IMG/VR virus record: IMGVR_UViG_3300033061_002769 | Span: 1,780-65,779 of that record | Strand: one strand, 5' to 3' | Source: a virus | Taxonomy: Duplodnaviria > Caudoviricetes | DNA length: 64,000 nucleotides | Shown here: piece after piece, positions 18,498 through 26,805 of the stretch | Layout: every line of letters starts with the position of its first letter | Numbering within the stretch: position 1 is the stretch's first letter | The notes under the pieces: generated by a model | The model's database searches: none | The model's input: the letters and a program-made list of their open reading frames with translations, nothing else | Told to the model about the DNA's origin: nothing | Position numbers and translations under genes: made by a program

Positions 18498-19072
18498 CAG
18501 AACGAAGCATTTGACCCATGTTTCGGAAACGCTTCCCTGACTGCCTGAACGACTCCGGGAAAATAAGGTACTCCCTGCGAATCGGAATGGTAGTCATCAC
18601 CGCAAATCACTTTTTTCGCTTTGGAAAGATAAAGACAGATGTCTCGACTGCATCCCTCGTAGGAATGATCTCCATCAATGTAGACTAAATCCACCTCCAG
18701 AACCTGCCAAAAGACTTCTTCGGAACGGCCGCGAATAGCGGTGATCTTCCCCCAAACTCCAGCCGCTTCCATATTACTACGGAACAGGTCGAAGAATGGA
18801 TTGGGAAAGCAACCGATACGCAAGGTCTCGACAAGATTATTCTCGCAGGGCCAAACTGCGCTCTCCTCAAACGGATCTATGCACCAAAGATGCTGTACTC
18901 GTTTGGCTATCCAAACTGCCGAACGTCCCAGAAAAGTTCCGATCTCCAATGCTGTCTCAATTTCATGCTTCTCAATCAGTTGCACAAGTTCGTCCTGATT
19001 GGCTTGAGGAAACCAGCCGAAGATCTCCGGAATCTCGGTCATACAATTACTTTCCACCAAAAAGATCCGCAA
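18482..19072 (-). CDS. SAM methyltransferase (Methyltransf_24-like)
   Basis: LEIGTFLGRS, YIDGDHSYEG and ICGDDY; paralog of 17131-17730. Confidence 0.85.
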   Translation of the reverse strand: MRIFLVESNCMTEIPEIFGWFPQANQDELVQLIEKHEIETALEIGTFLGRSAVWIAKRVQHLWCIDPFEESAVWPCENNLVETLRIGCFPNPFFDLFRSNMEAAGVWGKITAIRGRSEEVFWQVLEVDLVYIDGDHSYEGCSRDICLYLSKAKKVICGDDYHSDSQGVPYFPGVVQAVREAFPKHGSNASFWWKEL

Positions 19073-20085
19073 GCTTTATGGCCGGGGAGCTTCTGGTACA
19101 ACATTTCCCGAATACTGTTACGTTGATATTCATCTCCACAAATAACCCGTTGCGCTTTTGGGAGACAAGCAATAATAGCGTTTTCGACTTCCGAAAGAGA
19201 GCGTTCCCCGTTGATAAATACCAGATCGGCATGGGTCGCATCGGTAGTCATTAGTTGTTTAACCCTTTGAGCGAGCCAGGATGATACGGCGGCGCAAATT
19301 CCCTCTCCTAAAACTGACTGAATCTTATGTTCTTGGATTAGACTTTCTAACCTCTTGAGATTGTCTGCCGACATCCACTCGGCTTCCGGTGGGTGTAAGC
19401 CCATCTCAGCTACCACAACAGGAGAGATACCGTGCTTGCGGAAAAATACTGCGTCGTTGTGTTCAAAGGAAATCGGACGGCGGTCTGGTTCACGAAAAGC
19501 GCTGGGAAGAAACGCATGATCCACAAAACACCCGTCGCAGACTCCGACACGATATCCGGCTTTCCGGGCGCGGTAACAGTAGTCGTCATCCTCGCGCCCG
19601 TAGTCAGTGTAGTCTTCATCCAACAGCCCAATCTTGTCAACCATCTCCCGCTGAAGGTAGACACAGATAAAGGCAACCATAACCACCTCGCGAACGCCTG
19701 ACTCGGCCAGTCCTTTCTTTTGTGGAAGATTGCCGGTTCGATTCGTGACTGCCGCCACAATTCCATAACCGGAGCGTGCTGCCTTAGACAAAGCTGTAAA
19801 TCCCCAAACAGTCTTCAGCACAGCATCATCGTTGAGCAGGATGACATCGTTGGTTCCCGCTGCCCGTATGCCCAAATTACAGTTTCGGGAGAAAACAAAA
19901 GGTTGGATACCTGGCAGGATCGTGACTTGTCCAGAACCGAACTCCGGCGGAGGGGGTAGGTAGGAATCAGGAAGACCGTCATCTATGACGATCACATCCG
20001 CGCCTGGCTCATGGCAGCGGACAGCGGAAAGGCAAGCATTGAGATTAGCTGCTGCCTTTGTGGGAATTACTATAATGAACGGCAC
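19039..20085 (-). CDS. GT2 glycosyltransferase fused to a degenerate methyltransferase domain
   Basis: VIDDG, FSRNCNLG, LLNDD and EDDDYC; C-terminal DLVFING...ICGDEY is a decayed copy of the neighbouring MTase. Confidence 0.75.
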   Translation of the reverse strand: MPFIIVIPTKAAANLNACLSAVRCHEPGADVIVIDDGLPDSYLPPPPEFGSGQVTILPGIQPFVFSRNCNLGIRAAGTNDVILLNDDAVLKTVWGFTALSKAARSGYGIVAAVTNRTGNLPQKKGLAESGVREVVMVAFICVYLQREMVDKIGLLDEDYTDYGREDDDYCYRARKAGYRVGVCDGCFVDHAFLPSAFREPDRRPISFEHNDAVFFRKHGISPVVVAEMGLHPPEAEWMSADNLKRLESLIQEHKIQSVLGEGICAAVSSWLAQRVKQLMTTDATHADLVFINGERSLSEVENAIIACLPKAQRVICGDEYQRNSIREMLYQKLPGHKACGSFWWKVIV

Positions 20086-20091
20086 ACAGTT

Positions 20092-20208
20092 TCATTTACC
20101 CTTAGAAGGTTTATTAGCAGGTTTGGTGGAAGGAGTTTTGGACCCTTTGCGCTGGATAGTTACATCCTTATCGCCCCACCCGTATTTTTCGCGGTTGATA
20201 ATCTTCAT
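20092..20208 (-). CDS. 38-aa basic peptide coupled to the ART gene
   Basis: Manual translation MKIINREKYGWGDKDVTIQRKGSKTPSTKPANKPSKGK; ATGA overlap with the ART stop; fills the gap. Confidence 0.45.
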   Translation of the reverse strand: MKIINREKYGWGDKDVTIQRKGSKTPSTKPANKPSKGK

Positions 20209-20957
20209 TGGCTTGCTCTCAACGTAACTAATGTAATTGTAGCCTTCTTACCATGGATTTCGCCCTTAACTTTCTCCCTGCCCACCATTGTGTATCTAGT
20301 GCCCCGTCTCACCAACATTTCAATTTCCGCTTTGTCCTTAGATACGTACCCAGCTTTCGTTCCTTGTGGTAAAATTATCCTTGCTACGATCCTACCACCA
20401 AATCCATTAATTGCATACTGAGAGTGCAAAGTCGTTGATGTAAAACCCTTATCAGTAAAGGACTGACCCGGTTTCAGATTTGCTATGACCGATGCTGCAT
20501 TATTGAACCCACGGTATACAGCTACCGTCTCTGGAAGAGATGCTTTAGACAATGCCAAATCTAATTTGCTAAGATGATCTGAACTAGATTTATCAAACGC
20601 AGTCCCGAAGCGGAGATAACCATTGATGTTTTTATAGTCGTAATCCCGATATGCTTCAATGGCGGAACGTTCACTTTCGGTAAGGGACTCATACCACTTT
20701 CCGCTTAGACGCATCCCTTCGATATGCCCGGCATCCTTCTCACCAGAATAATCGAGATTACGGGACCGCACATCTAAAACAGAGGATGAGCCTAACGTCC
20801 CTTTGCCTCCTACAACAGCAGGATTACCAGCCTTCACCTCACCACCGGCTCCCAACAATACATGCTGACCCTCAATAGTAACCCAGTGGTCTCCCTCCTG
20901 AACCTTATCTACGGCATCAACTAGAAGCAAAGTTGTTAGCAGAGATTTCCTTCTCAT
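20205..20957 (-). CDS. R-S-E class (VIP2/Alt-like) ADP-ribosyltransferase with an N-terminal WVTIxGQHV tag
   Basis: AIEAY...INGYLR, VYRG (R), GFTSTT (S) and EIEML (ExE); start at ATG 20957 with GGAG RBS. Confidence 0.85.
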   Translation of the reverse strand: MRRKSLLTTLLLVDAVDKVQEGDHWVTIEGQHVLLGAGGEVKAGNPAVVGGKGTLGSSSVLDVRSRNLDYSGEKDAGHIEGMRLSGKWYESLTESERSAIEAYRDYDYKNINGYLRFGTAFDKSSSDHLSKLDLALSKASLPETVAVYRGFNNAASVIANLKPGQSFTDKGFTSTTLHSQYAINGFGGRIVARIILPQGTKAGYVSKDKAEIEMLVRRGTRYTMVGREKVKGEIHGKKATITLVTLRASQ

Positions 20958-20961
20958 TCGG

Positions 20962-21711
20962 TCACTCCACGTTTCGATATTGGCTTCCAACAACCGCTGC
21001 CGTTATTACGCTCTCCTCTGGCGGGCGAGGGTTCGCCTGATGAAAGACACCCATCTCCTCATCAGCTTCGGGATAGAGAGTGTACCCATACTTGTGAGCC
21101 AACAGAGTCAGAATGGCCTGCTCGGCGCGATGTTCAATAAAACCCTCCAACTCGGGAGCCAACACCGAAGGATCAAACGTAGTCGCTAATGGGTTTACGC
21201 AGTAGGTCAACCACTCCATCAGAAACTGATAGGGACGCCAGGGTCCCTTTTCAAACAACATGAACCGAGCTACGGCTGCCTGTGCATCGTGATAACAGAC
21301 TGTATCCTGCGCCATAACAACAAAACAGTCCCGTTTGCACCACTGACGGTTGTTAAACCGATTATGAAACAGCATTATACCGCCATCGGTATGAGTCTGT
21401 TCGTAGAAACGACGGAAGGGCTTTACGGGATAGCAGTCGGCATCGGTGTACAAAACCACATCGCCATCACGCATGAACTTTTCCATGCAATGAAGAATAA
21501 TAAATGGTTTCCACGCATACCAGCCAAAGCCGCGTTTATGCAGATGATCCCACAGCCAATGATTCTGTCTATAGAATTCCTGTCGGGTCAACCAAACATC
21601 ATCGTAGACCCGGACTTCGTCAGCACCTAATACGGGAGCTCGCTCGACGATCAGACGGGTAGTCTCATCGTAGAGCGCTCCTCCAAAGGTGATATACAGT
21701 TTCTGCGCCAT
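20962..21711 (-). CDS. Putative glycosyltransferase
   Basis: RGFGWYAWKPFII, LYTDAD and EHRAEQAIL; paralog of 17700-18497. Confidence 0.6.
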   Translation of the reverse strand: MAQKLYITFGGALYDETTRLIVERAPVLGADEVRVYDDVWLTRQEFYRQNHWLWDHLHKRGFGWYAWKPFIILHCMEKFMRDGDVVLYTDADCYPVKPFRRFYEQTHTDGGIMLFHNRFNNRQWCKRDCFVVMAQDTVCYHDAQAAVARFMLFEKGPWRPYQFLMEWLTYCVNPLATTFDPSVLAPELEGFIEHRAEQAILTLLAHKYGYTLYPEADEEMGVFHQANPRPPEESVITAAVVGSQYRNVE

Positions 21712-21715
21712 GCTC

Positions 21716-21840
21716 CCCAGGCCCAAAACCCCCCTCGAATTCAGCCGTAGACCGCCCCAGAATCGATTGTCAGGCCCCGGATGGACCCCAGATATCCCTC
21801 TTGAGAGCGATTCGTTATAGCTCGTTTCTGAGCGGTTTCC
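21716..21840 (-). repeat. ~125-bp intergenic element, copy 2
   Basis: Reverse-complement match to 4867-4990; ends just upstream of the ATG at 21711. Confidence 0.9.
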
Positions 21841-21902
21841 AGGGTTTCTACCATTGGTTCCAGCCTAAGTCCTTGATTCTATTGGGGTTAATTGCCCCAC
21901 TG

Positions 21903-22142
21903 CTAGGTAGTAGGTGTTAACCAACCGGAGTTGAAGTACATCTCCATCAATGCATCGTCGGTGTAACACAACGTCCCATCGAACGGGATTGCGTCACCAA
22001 CATCATACAAGGACCCCTTGTACTCCAGATTGTCACGGTTGCTGAGATATGCCGCGCCTCCCTTGGGTTCATAGTTGCGCGCACCCAGTGTTGCAAAGTC
22101 GTGTCGGATACCGACATTGATTGCAGTGTTCGGATTTGCCAT
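21903..22142 (-). CDS. Hypothetical protein
   Basis: 79-aa ORF with RBS, in operon orientation. Confidence 0.55.
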   Translation of the reverse strand: MANPNTAINVGIRHDFATLGARNYEPKGGAAYLSNRDNLEYKGSLYDVGDAIPFDGTLCYTDDALMEMYFNSGWLTPTT

Positions 22143-22211
22143 TGTTTCACCCCTTCCGGTTTCTCAAGAAATCATACCACGAGACAACGATCGTTGCCCA
22201 GAAAGCGTTTT

Positions 22212-22463
22212 CTAGGTAAAGGGATCAATTGCCGAAAGGGTCTCGTCCCAAGCCGACCGGTCATATCGGTTCATGGTATCAATGACTTGTGCCATCTCGA
22301 TATTGACGCCCCGCAACTGACCGACCAACCAAACCCAGAACAGTTTCGCCGGGGCATCACCAGGTGATGTAGATTGCTGAAGAGCAAGGTAAGTCGAAAG
22401 CTGTGTCTTCAGTGTAGATACTGTCGTATCCAGAGCGGAAGCTGCCGCTGTTCTAACTGCCAT
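22212..22463 (-). CDS. Hypothetical protein
   Basis: 83-aa ORF with GGAG RBS. Confidence 0.6.
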   Translation of the reverse strand: MAVRTAAASALDTTVSTLKTQLSTYLALQQSTSPGDAPAKLFWVWLVGQLRGVNIEMAQVIDTMNRYDRSAWDETLSAIDPFT

Positions 22464-22475
22464 TTCAATTTCTCC

Positions 22476-23048
22476 TTATGCAAACGGAAAAGCATCAACG
22501 TGAGAGTTTGGGTTTAGATTCAAGACCCGCACTCGGTGAGCCTCCAACTGAGGAAGCATAGTGCGAAAGCGGGGTATCCATTGTTCAAACTCTTCTTTGC
22601 CGCTCGGGTCCATATCGAACCCAACCAGGTAAATCGTTTTCGCGTGTTTCAAATACGCGACATTGATAGCGCCATAGCCCGAGTTGCCCCCCGTACAGAC
22701 AATGCCCGGATCATCACTCAGACCCTTCTCATATGACCACTGAAGATAGATCGCTCCGGAAATGCCTCCGCATTCGGGCCAGGTCTCCAGTGGAACAGCC
22801 AGATACTTCTCCCCGACGAAGCGCTCCAAAAAATCGCGACGGCGGTGTATCCACCGGTTGTCCAGTGAAAACACCACCGTCGCAAGGCCTAACGCCTCAA
22901 GGAGGAACGATGCTTCATTTACCGCCAGTACGGTCTTACCATGTAAAGAGAAAAGATCGAAATTATGTACCGACGGACCGTTTGCTACCACCCATACTTC
23001 GTCCCAGTATGGTAGCGAGACGAGACCGTAACTGTTGTTTGGTGCCAT
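22476..23048 (-). CDS. DUF115/MptE-like (Maf/sialyltransferase-type fold) putative glycosyltransferase
   Basis: VVANGPS, LAVN, GGNSGYGAI and IYLVGFDM; paralog of 50711-51388. Confidence 0.6.
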   Translation of the reverse strand: MAPNNSYGLVSLPYWDEVWVVANGPSVHNFDLFSLHGKTVLAVNEASFLLEALGLATVVFSLDNRWIHRRRDFLERFVGEKYLAVPLETWPECGGISGAIYLQWSYEKGLSDDPGIVCTGGNSGYGAINVAYLKHAKTIYLVGFDMDPSGKEEFEQWIPRFRTMLPQLEAHRVRVLNLNPNSHVDAFPFA

Positions 23049-23448
23049 CAGTTTTCAACCCGCGTTGGTAACAGAGATCGGCAATCTGCTTTCGGTTGAG
23101 AAAATCCAAATCTTTCAGGGGATCAGGGATCTCTGATAAAGTAGACTCTCCAGGTTCCGATTGGCATTCGGAGTTCAGCGGGATCACCTCTCTCTGGGCG
23201 CGAGCCTCACAAAGATAAGACGACCCCGCAGCATACTCCAAAGTCTCGATAGCATGGACGGGGCGTTCATAGAGCTGCCGCAAGGCTTGCTCATTCAACG
23301 CCCCCTCCGGAACCTCATCCCCCATCTCCAAATGACGCACACCCTCCACGGTTCCAATGTCGATCCCCGATCCCTTGCAGACTATGAATCGTGCGGTCGC
23401 AAAATCTACATTCTTCTCGTGAGGGCGTGCGCAGAGAAGTTCAGGCAT
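22963..23448 (-). CDS. Hypothetical head-region protein with a C-terminal SAP-like motif
   Basis: RKQIADLCYQRGLKTDGTKQQLRSRL fits the SAP pattern; follows the capsid gene. Confidence 0.55.
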   Translation of the reverse strand: MPELLCARPHEKNVDFATARFIVCKGSGIDIGTVEGVRHLEMGDEVPEGALNEQALRQLYERPVHAIETLEYAAGSSYLCEARAQREVIPLNSECQSEPGESTLSEIPDPLKDLDFLNRKQIADLCYQRGLKTDGTKQQLRSRLATILGRSMGGSKRSVGT

Positions 23449-23470
23449 ATTGCGTTCCTTTTCGGTTTCT

Positions 23471-24475
23471 CTACTGGATTACGCTCAAGAGCATGTAACC
23501 CAGGTACTTGCTGACGAGACCGAAGGTATAAGCCTGTTCGATCTCGACGTGGTCGGCAGCATCGATCTCCCAACGATACTTCTTGATCCGCATGCCGGCG
23601 GCCGTAGCGCCTGTCAGACCCGTCCAGTTGAAGGTATAACCCGCACTGGGCTGCATGATCCCCGGAGAATCCGCAGCATAGGCCAGCAAAGCATGCTTGC
23701 CCGAAATGAAGTCGAACGTATCGGGCGTGGTATCCGAGTCGGCTACCAGGTCCTCAGCCGAGGTTGTCTGGATACCCGACATCACCACAACACGCTTGAC
23801 CTTGAACAGCGCAGCGAGGTCCGTCGTGGTGACGACGACGGCGCCCGGAGCGGTTTGGCCGTACTTCAAACGGTCGATAATCTCGGGATTGGTAAGCAGT
23901 GTCACGAAGACCTGCGCGCCCAGTACCAAAATATTGGGCCACATTCCTGTAGCTTTCTTGATGGCCAGTTGTCCGGCCAGAACGTCCTCGATAGGCGTGG
24001 ACCCACTGAGGTTCCAGTACTTGACGTGGGTAGCATCGGCAGCTGCCTGGCCTGCCAGCTCCGTACCCCAAAGACCGGTAGCGAAGTAGGCGCTACCCCA
24101 GGCAACGTCACGGTTGACAAGAGCCTGTTGTGTCAACCAGAACGTAGCGTCACGGTCAGGTTGAAGGGGTGAATCGCTGTTGTCCCGGATCTGGTCATCG
24201 ATAATCTTCTTTTCGGCCCAGACGTCAGCAATGTACGTCTTGGTCGTCAGTTTGTAACCTCCAGCGGCAGCCGGGGTACCGGGTGCACGCTTTTGCATGT
24301 TGTTGCGGAAGAAGTCGCCGCGATTGTAGACGAAGTACACATCGCTTTTGTTGGTAACCGGGATAGGCGGAAACACAACATTGGCAACGAAGTCACTCTG
24401 GTCTTGCAAGTAGCCCACTGACAACATTGTCAGGGGCCTGTTAACGTGGACATCACCAAGGGTTGGAAGAGGCAT
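23471..24475 (-). CDS. Major capsid protein
   Basis: 334 aa, downstream of the scaffold and cement genes; HK97-fold (capsid E-like) appearance; strong RBS. Confidence 0.8.
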   Translation of the reverse strand: MPLPTLGDVHVNRPLTMLSVGYLQDQSDFVANVVFPPIPVTNKSDVYFVYNRGDFFRNNMQKRAPGTPAAAGGYKLTTKTYIADVWAEKKIIDDQIRDNSDSPLQPDRDATFWLTQQALVNRDVAWGSAYFATGLWGTELAGQAAADATHVKYWNLSGSTPIEDVLAGQLAIKKATGMWPNILVLGAQVFVTLLTNPEIIDRLKYGQTAPGAVVVTTTDLAALFKVKRVVVMSGIQTTSAEDLVADSDTTPDTFDFISGKHALLAYAADSPGIMQPSAGYTFNWTGLTGATAAGMRIKKYRWEIDAADHVEIEQAYTFGLVSKYLGYMLLSVIQ

Positions 24476-24529
24476 TTGTTTTCTCCTTGCTCTCTAAATT
24501 CTATCTCGTCGGAGGACGCATACGCCCCC

Positions 24530-24895
24530 TTACATCTTCGATGCCTTGGGCTGATAGATGATATCGGCCAAGTAGGTGCTGACGCCGGCTGTAAGCGCAA
24601 TGCCTAGCACGTAGGCACCACTGGTAGCAGCAACGGCACAACCGCTGCCGTCGGTAGAAACATCATCGCCTGCGTTGAACGCGCCGCCACACTTCACTTT
24701 CGTGATGTCACCTGGATAACACACTGCTCCCGGATCGGCCGCTGCTGGCTTGTCCTGAATAACCCCAACGGCGTAGCCGCCGGCACTGGGGGTTGCGAGT
24801 TGGCCATTGGTATCGATCTTCACGAACGTGTACTGCTTTGACGCAAAGGTCGCCGTGGCCTTGATGGACTTGGTCTTCACGATTTCGTAGGCCAT
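24530..24895 (-). CDS. Capsid cement/decoration protein (DUF2190-like)
   Basis: 121 aa, Gly/Ala-rich (GVIQDKP, GDDVSTDGSGCAV); directly upstream of the capsid gene. Confidence 0.7.
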   Translation of the reverse strand: MAYEIVKTKSIKATATFASKQYTFVKIDTNGQLATPSAGGYAVGVIQDKPAAADPGAVCYPGDITKVKCGGAFNAGDDVSTDGSGCAVAATSGAYVLGIALTAGVSTYLADIIYQPKASKM

Positions 24896-24926
24896 GTCTT
24901 TCTCCTTTGATTGATTGAACTGAAAC

Positions 24927-25003
24927 TGGTAGACCCTGTAGGAATTGAACCTACAACCGTCGGATTATAAATCCGCTGCTCTGACCCACTGAGCTAAGGG
25001 TCT
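24927..25003 (-). tRNA. tRNA-Ile with UAU anticodon
   Basis: AGACCCT TA GCTC AGTGGGTCA GAGC A GCGGA TTTATAA TCCGA CGGTT GTAGG TTCAATT CCTAC AGGGTCT A CCA: perfect 7-bp acceptor stem, D and T arms, encoded CCA, anticodon TAT, A73. Confidence 0.92.
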
Positions 25004-25013
25004 CCGTTAGAAA

Positions 25014-26504
25014 CTACTGTTGGACTGCAAACTGCCGGTGCTGGCGTTCGTAATCCAAGTAGACCTCAGGGCATTCCTCCATAGCCTTAGCCGTAGCCTT
25101 GCCTTCGGAGATGTTATCGCGCTTGGCGATCTCATGGACTTTGGCTTCCCATGCCCGTTCGGCTGGGATCGTGCCTCCCGCCTTGCCTACTTCGCCGTAG
25201 TGGATAGCCAAAGCCTTGTCGGCTGCCTTCAGGTCAGCGAGCGTCTTCATGAAGTCGTCACTTTGCTCGCCGCCCAAAGCATCGGCAAGCTTCATCAATC
25301 GAGCGCCCTTTTCATCGGCCGTGCCGGCTGTATGGGGAAGCTCCTCCTCAGCCCGTTTTGCAAAATGCATCAGGCGCTCGCGCTTGCTGATCTCCGCCAG
25401 TTGCAGTTCGGCCTTGGCTACCCGATCCTCGGCAGATGCAACTTTGGCGACCAGAGCTTTGCGTGCTTTCTCTTTTTCCTGCTCTGCAGCTTCCTCTTCA
25501 GCCGTTTCGGCAGCCTCTTCGGCAGCGGAGCCCTCGTCGTCCTTGGCTTTCTGGCAGGCTGCCAGCATCGCCTTCCGCTTCTCCTCATCGGCCGCCATGA
25601 ACTCCTTCCGCTTCTCCATCGGCAGCGAAGCGTAGAGCTTGCGGTCTTTCTTAGACATCTTGAGAACGATGTCATTCTCCAGCTTCAGGGCGTCATTTTC
25701 GGCCTTGAAAACCGTCAGTTGAGCGTCCTGTTCCGTAACACGCTTTTCAATCTCATCTAGTGTCATTCCTGTTTCTCCTTTGTTAAGAACCTCGGGCAAC
25801 TCGTTGTCGCCCTTGTCTGGGTTTGCAGCACGCCAAGCGGCGCGTACTTTGACCTTGACGCCGGATAGCGCTTCGGTCGGAATCTGAACCTTCTTGCCTC
25901 GAAAACCTTTTCCAAGCGCAGCAATTGCTGCTCCCACGATGCCCGGGTCAGGCTTGCCTCCGGGGGTGGAGGTAAGACGAAGCTTCCAATGACTAGGAAC
26001 GTCATCAGGTGCGTAAGCAAAATCGCTTCTGGGAAAGCTCACTCCGTCTTGCATTTTGCCATCAACTGCCTTACAGATCAGATCATTTTCATCCCATTCA
26101 TCAGCAGCTTTCTTTGCCTGACCCGGAGTGATAGTACGAAAGCGTTCAAAACTATCAGGATCTTCTTGTCGGAATCGAAATGACTCACCTGTCTCGTCCA
26201 CTTCCAAACCTTTGAAGTCGTGATCAGATAGCCATTTCTTAGCTGAAGCAACAGTCCAGTTTCCCTTGTCGAAGATTACTGACTGGACCTTAGACCCGCC
26301 ACCGGACTTAGGAAAACCAAGGACGAACTTGACTCCGCTAACGCCCTTGCAAATCTCTGCAAACTCTTCGCCGGAGTCGCGCTTCCAGAGCGCGACCATT
26401 GCATGCCGGATCTTGCGCCCTGTCTTCGGATCAATTGAACTGTTGGCAGGGGTGTCACAAAGACTCACCTCATCCACAACAAGCGAATGCAACTCGGTAG
26501 CCAT
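25014..26504 (-). CDS. Head scaffolding protein (multi-domain)
   Basis: N-terminal EVSLCDTPAN motif typical of XkdF-type head modules; long Glu/Lys/Ala coiled coil; lies between protease and capsid genes. Confidence 0.7.
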   Translation of the reverse strand: MATELHSLVVDEVSLCDTPANSSIDPKTGRKIRHAMVALWKRDSGEEFAEICKGVSGVKFVLGFPKSGGGSKVQSVIFDKGNWTVASAKKWLSDHDFKGLEVDETGESFRFRQEDPDSFERFRTITPGQAKKAADEWDENDLICKAVDGKMQDGVSFPRSDFAYAPDDVPSHWKLRLTSTPGGKPDPGIVGAAIAALGKGFRGKKVQIPTEALSGVKVKVRAAWRAANPDKGDNELPEVLNKGETGMTLDEIEKRVTEQDAQLTVFKAENDALKLENDIVLKMSKKDRKLYASLPMEKRKEFMAADEEKRKAMLAACQKAKDDEGSAAEEAAETAEEEAAEQEKEKARKALVAKVASAEDRVAKAELQLAEISKRERLMHFAKRAEEELPHTAGTADEKGARLMKLADALGGEQSDDFMKTLADLKAADKALAIHYGEVGKAGGTIPAERAWEAKVHEIAKRDNISEGKATAKAMEECPEVYLDYERQHRQFAVQQ

Positions 26505-26534
26505 AACCTCTTCTCCTTTTGAGTATAGCTGATT

Positions 26535-26789
26535 TTAATCCATGATTCTGGCGCGAAAATAGCTACCGGAATAATTAGCCGGAAGCGCGGCAAACCACTC
26601 CTCGGGTTTCTCTTTTGCTGTCACTTGCCGTTCCCCGCCGTCTATAACAACCGGGTTTGCCATGACATTATCCATAAGCCTCTCGTAGCCAGGCTCGGCT
26701 TTAGAGGTGATCTTAGCACCGTCTAAGAACACATGTCCGGCAATTGTCTGCTTGAATTCGCGGATCACGTACAACCCACAGGTTTTCAT
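26535..26789 (-). CDS. Hypothetical protein downstream of the kinase domain
   Basis: GGAG RBS then MKTCGLY; 84 aa. Confidence 0.55.
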   Translation of the reverse strand: MKTCGLYVIREFKQTIAGHVFLDGAKITSKAEPGYERLMDNVMANPVVIDGGERQVTAKEKPEEWFAALPANYSGSYFRARIMD

Positions 26790-26805
26790 TTGTGCTCCCC
26801 ACCAA

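Noticed and set aside
11614-23048. Classical serotype-conversion (gtrABC) or O-antigen locus
   Set aside because: No GtrA/flippase, Wzx/Wzy or polytopic membrane GT was seen, and the genes are coupled to the structural operon
25020-25760. 246-aa + strand ORF
   Set aside because: Antisense shadow of the scaffold coiled coil
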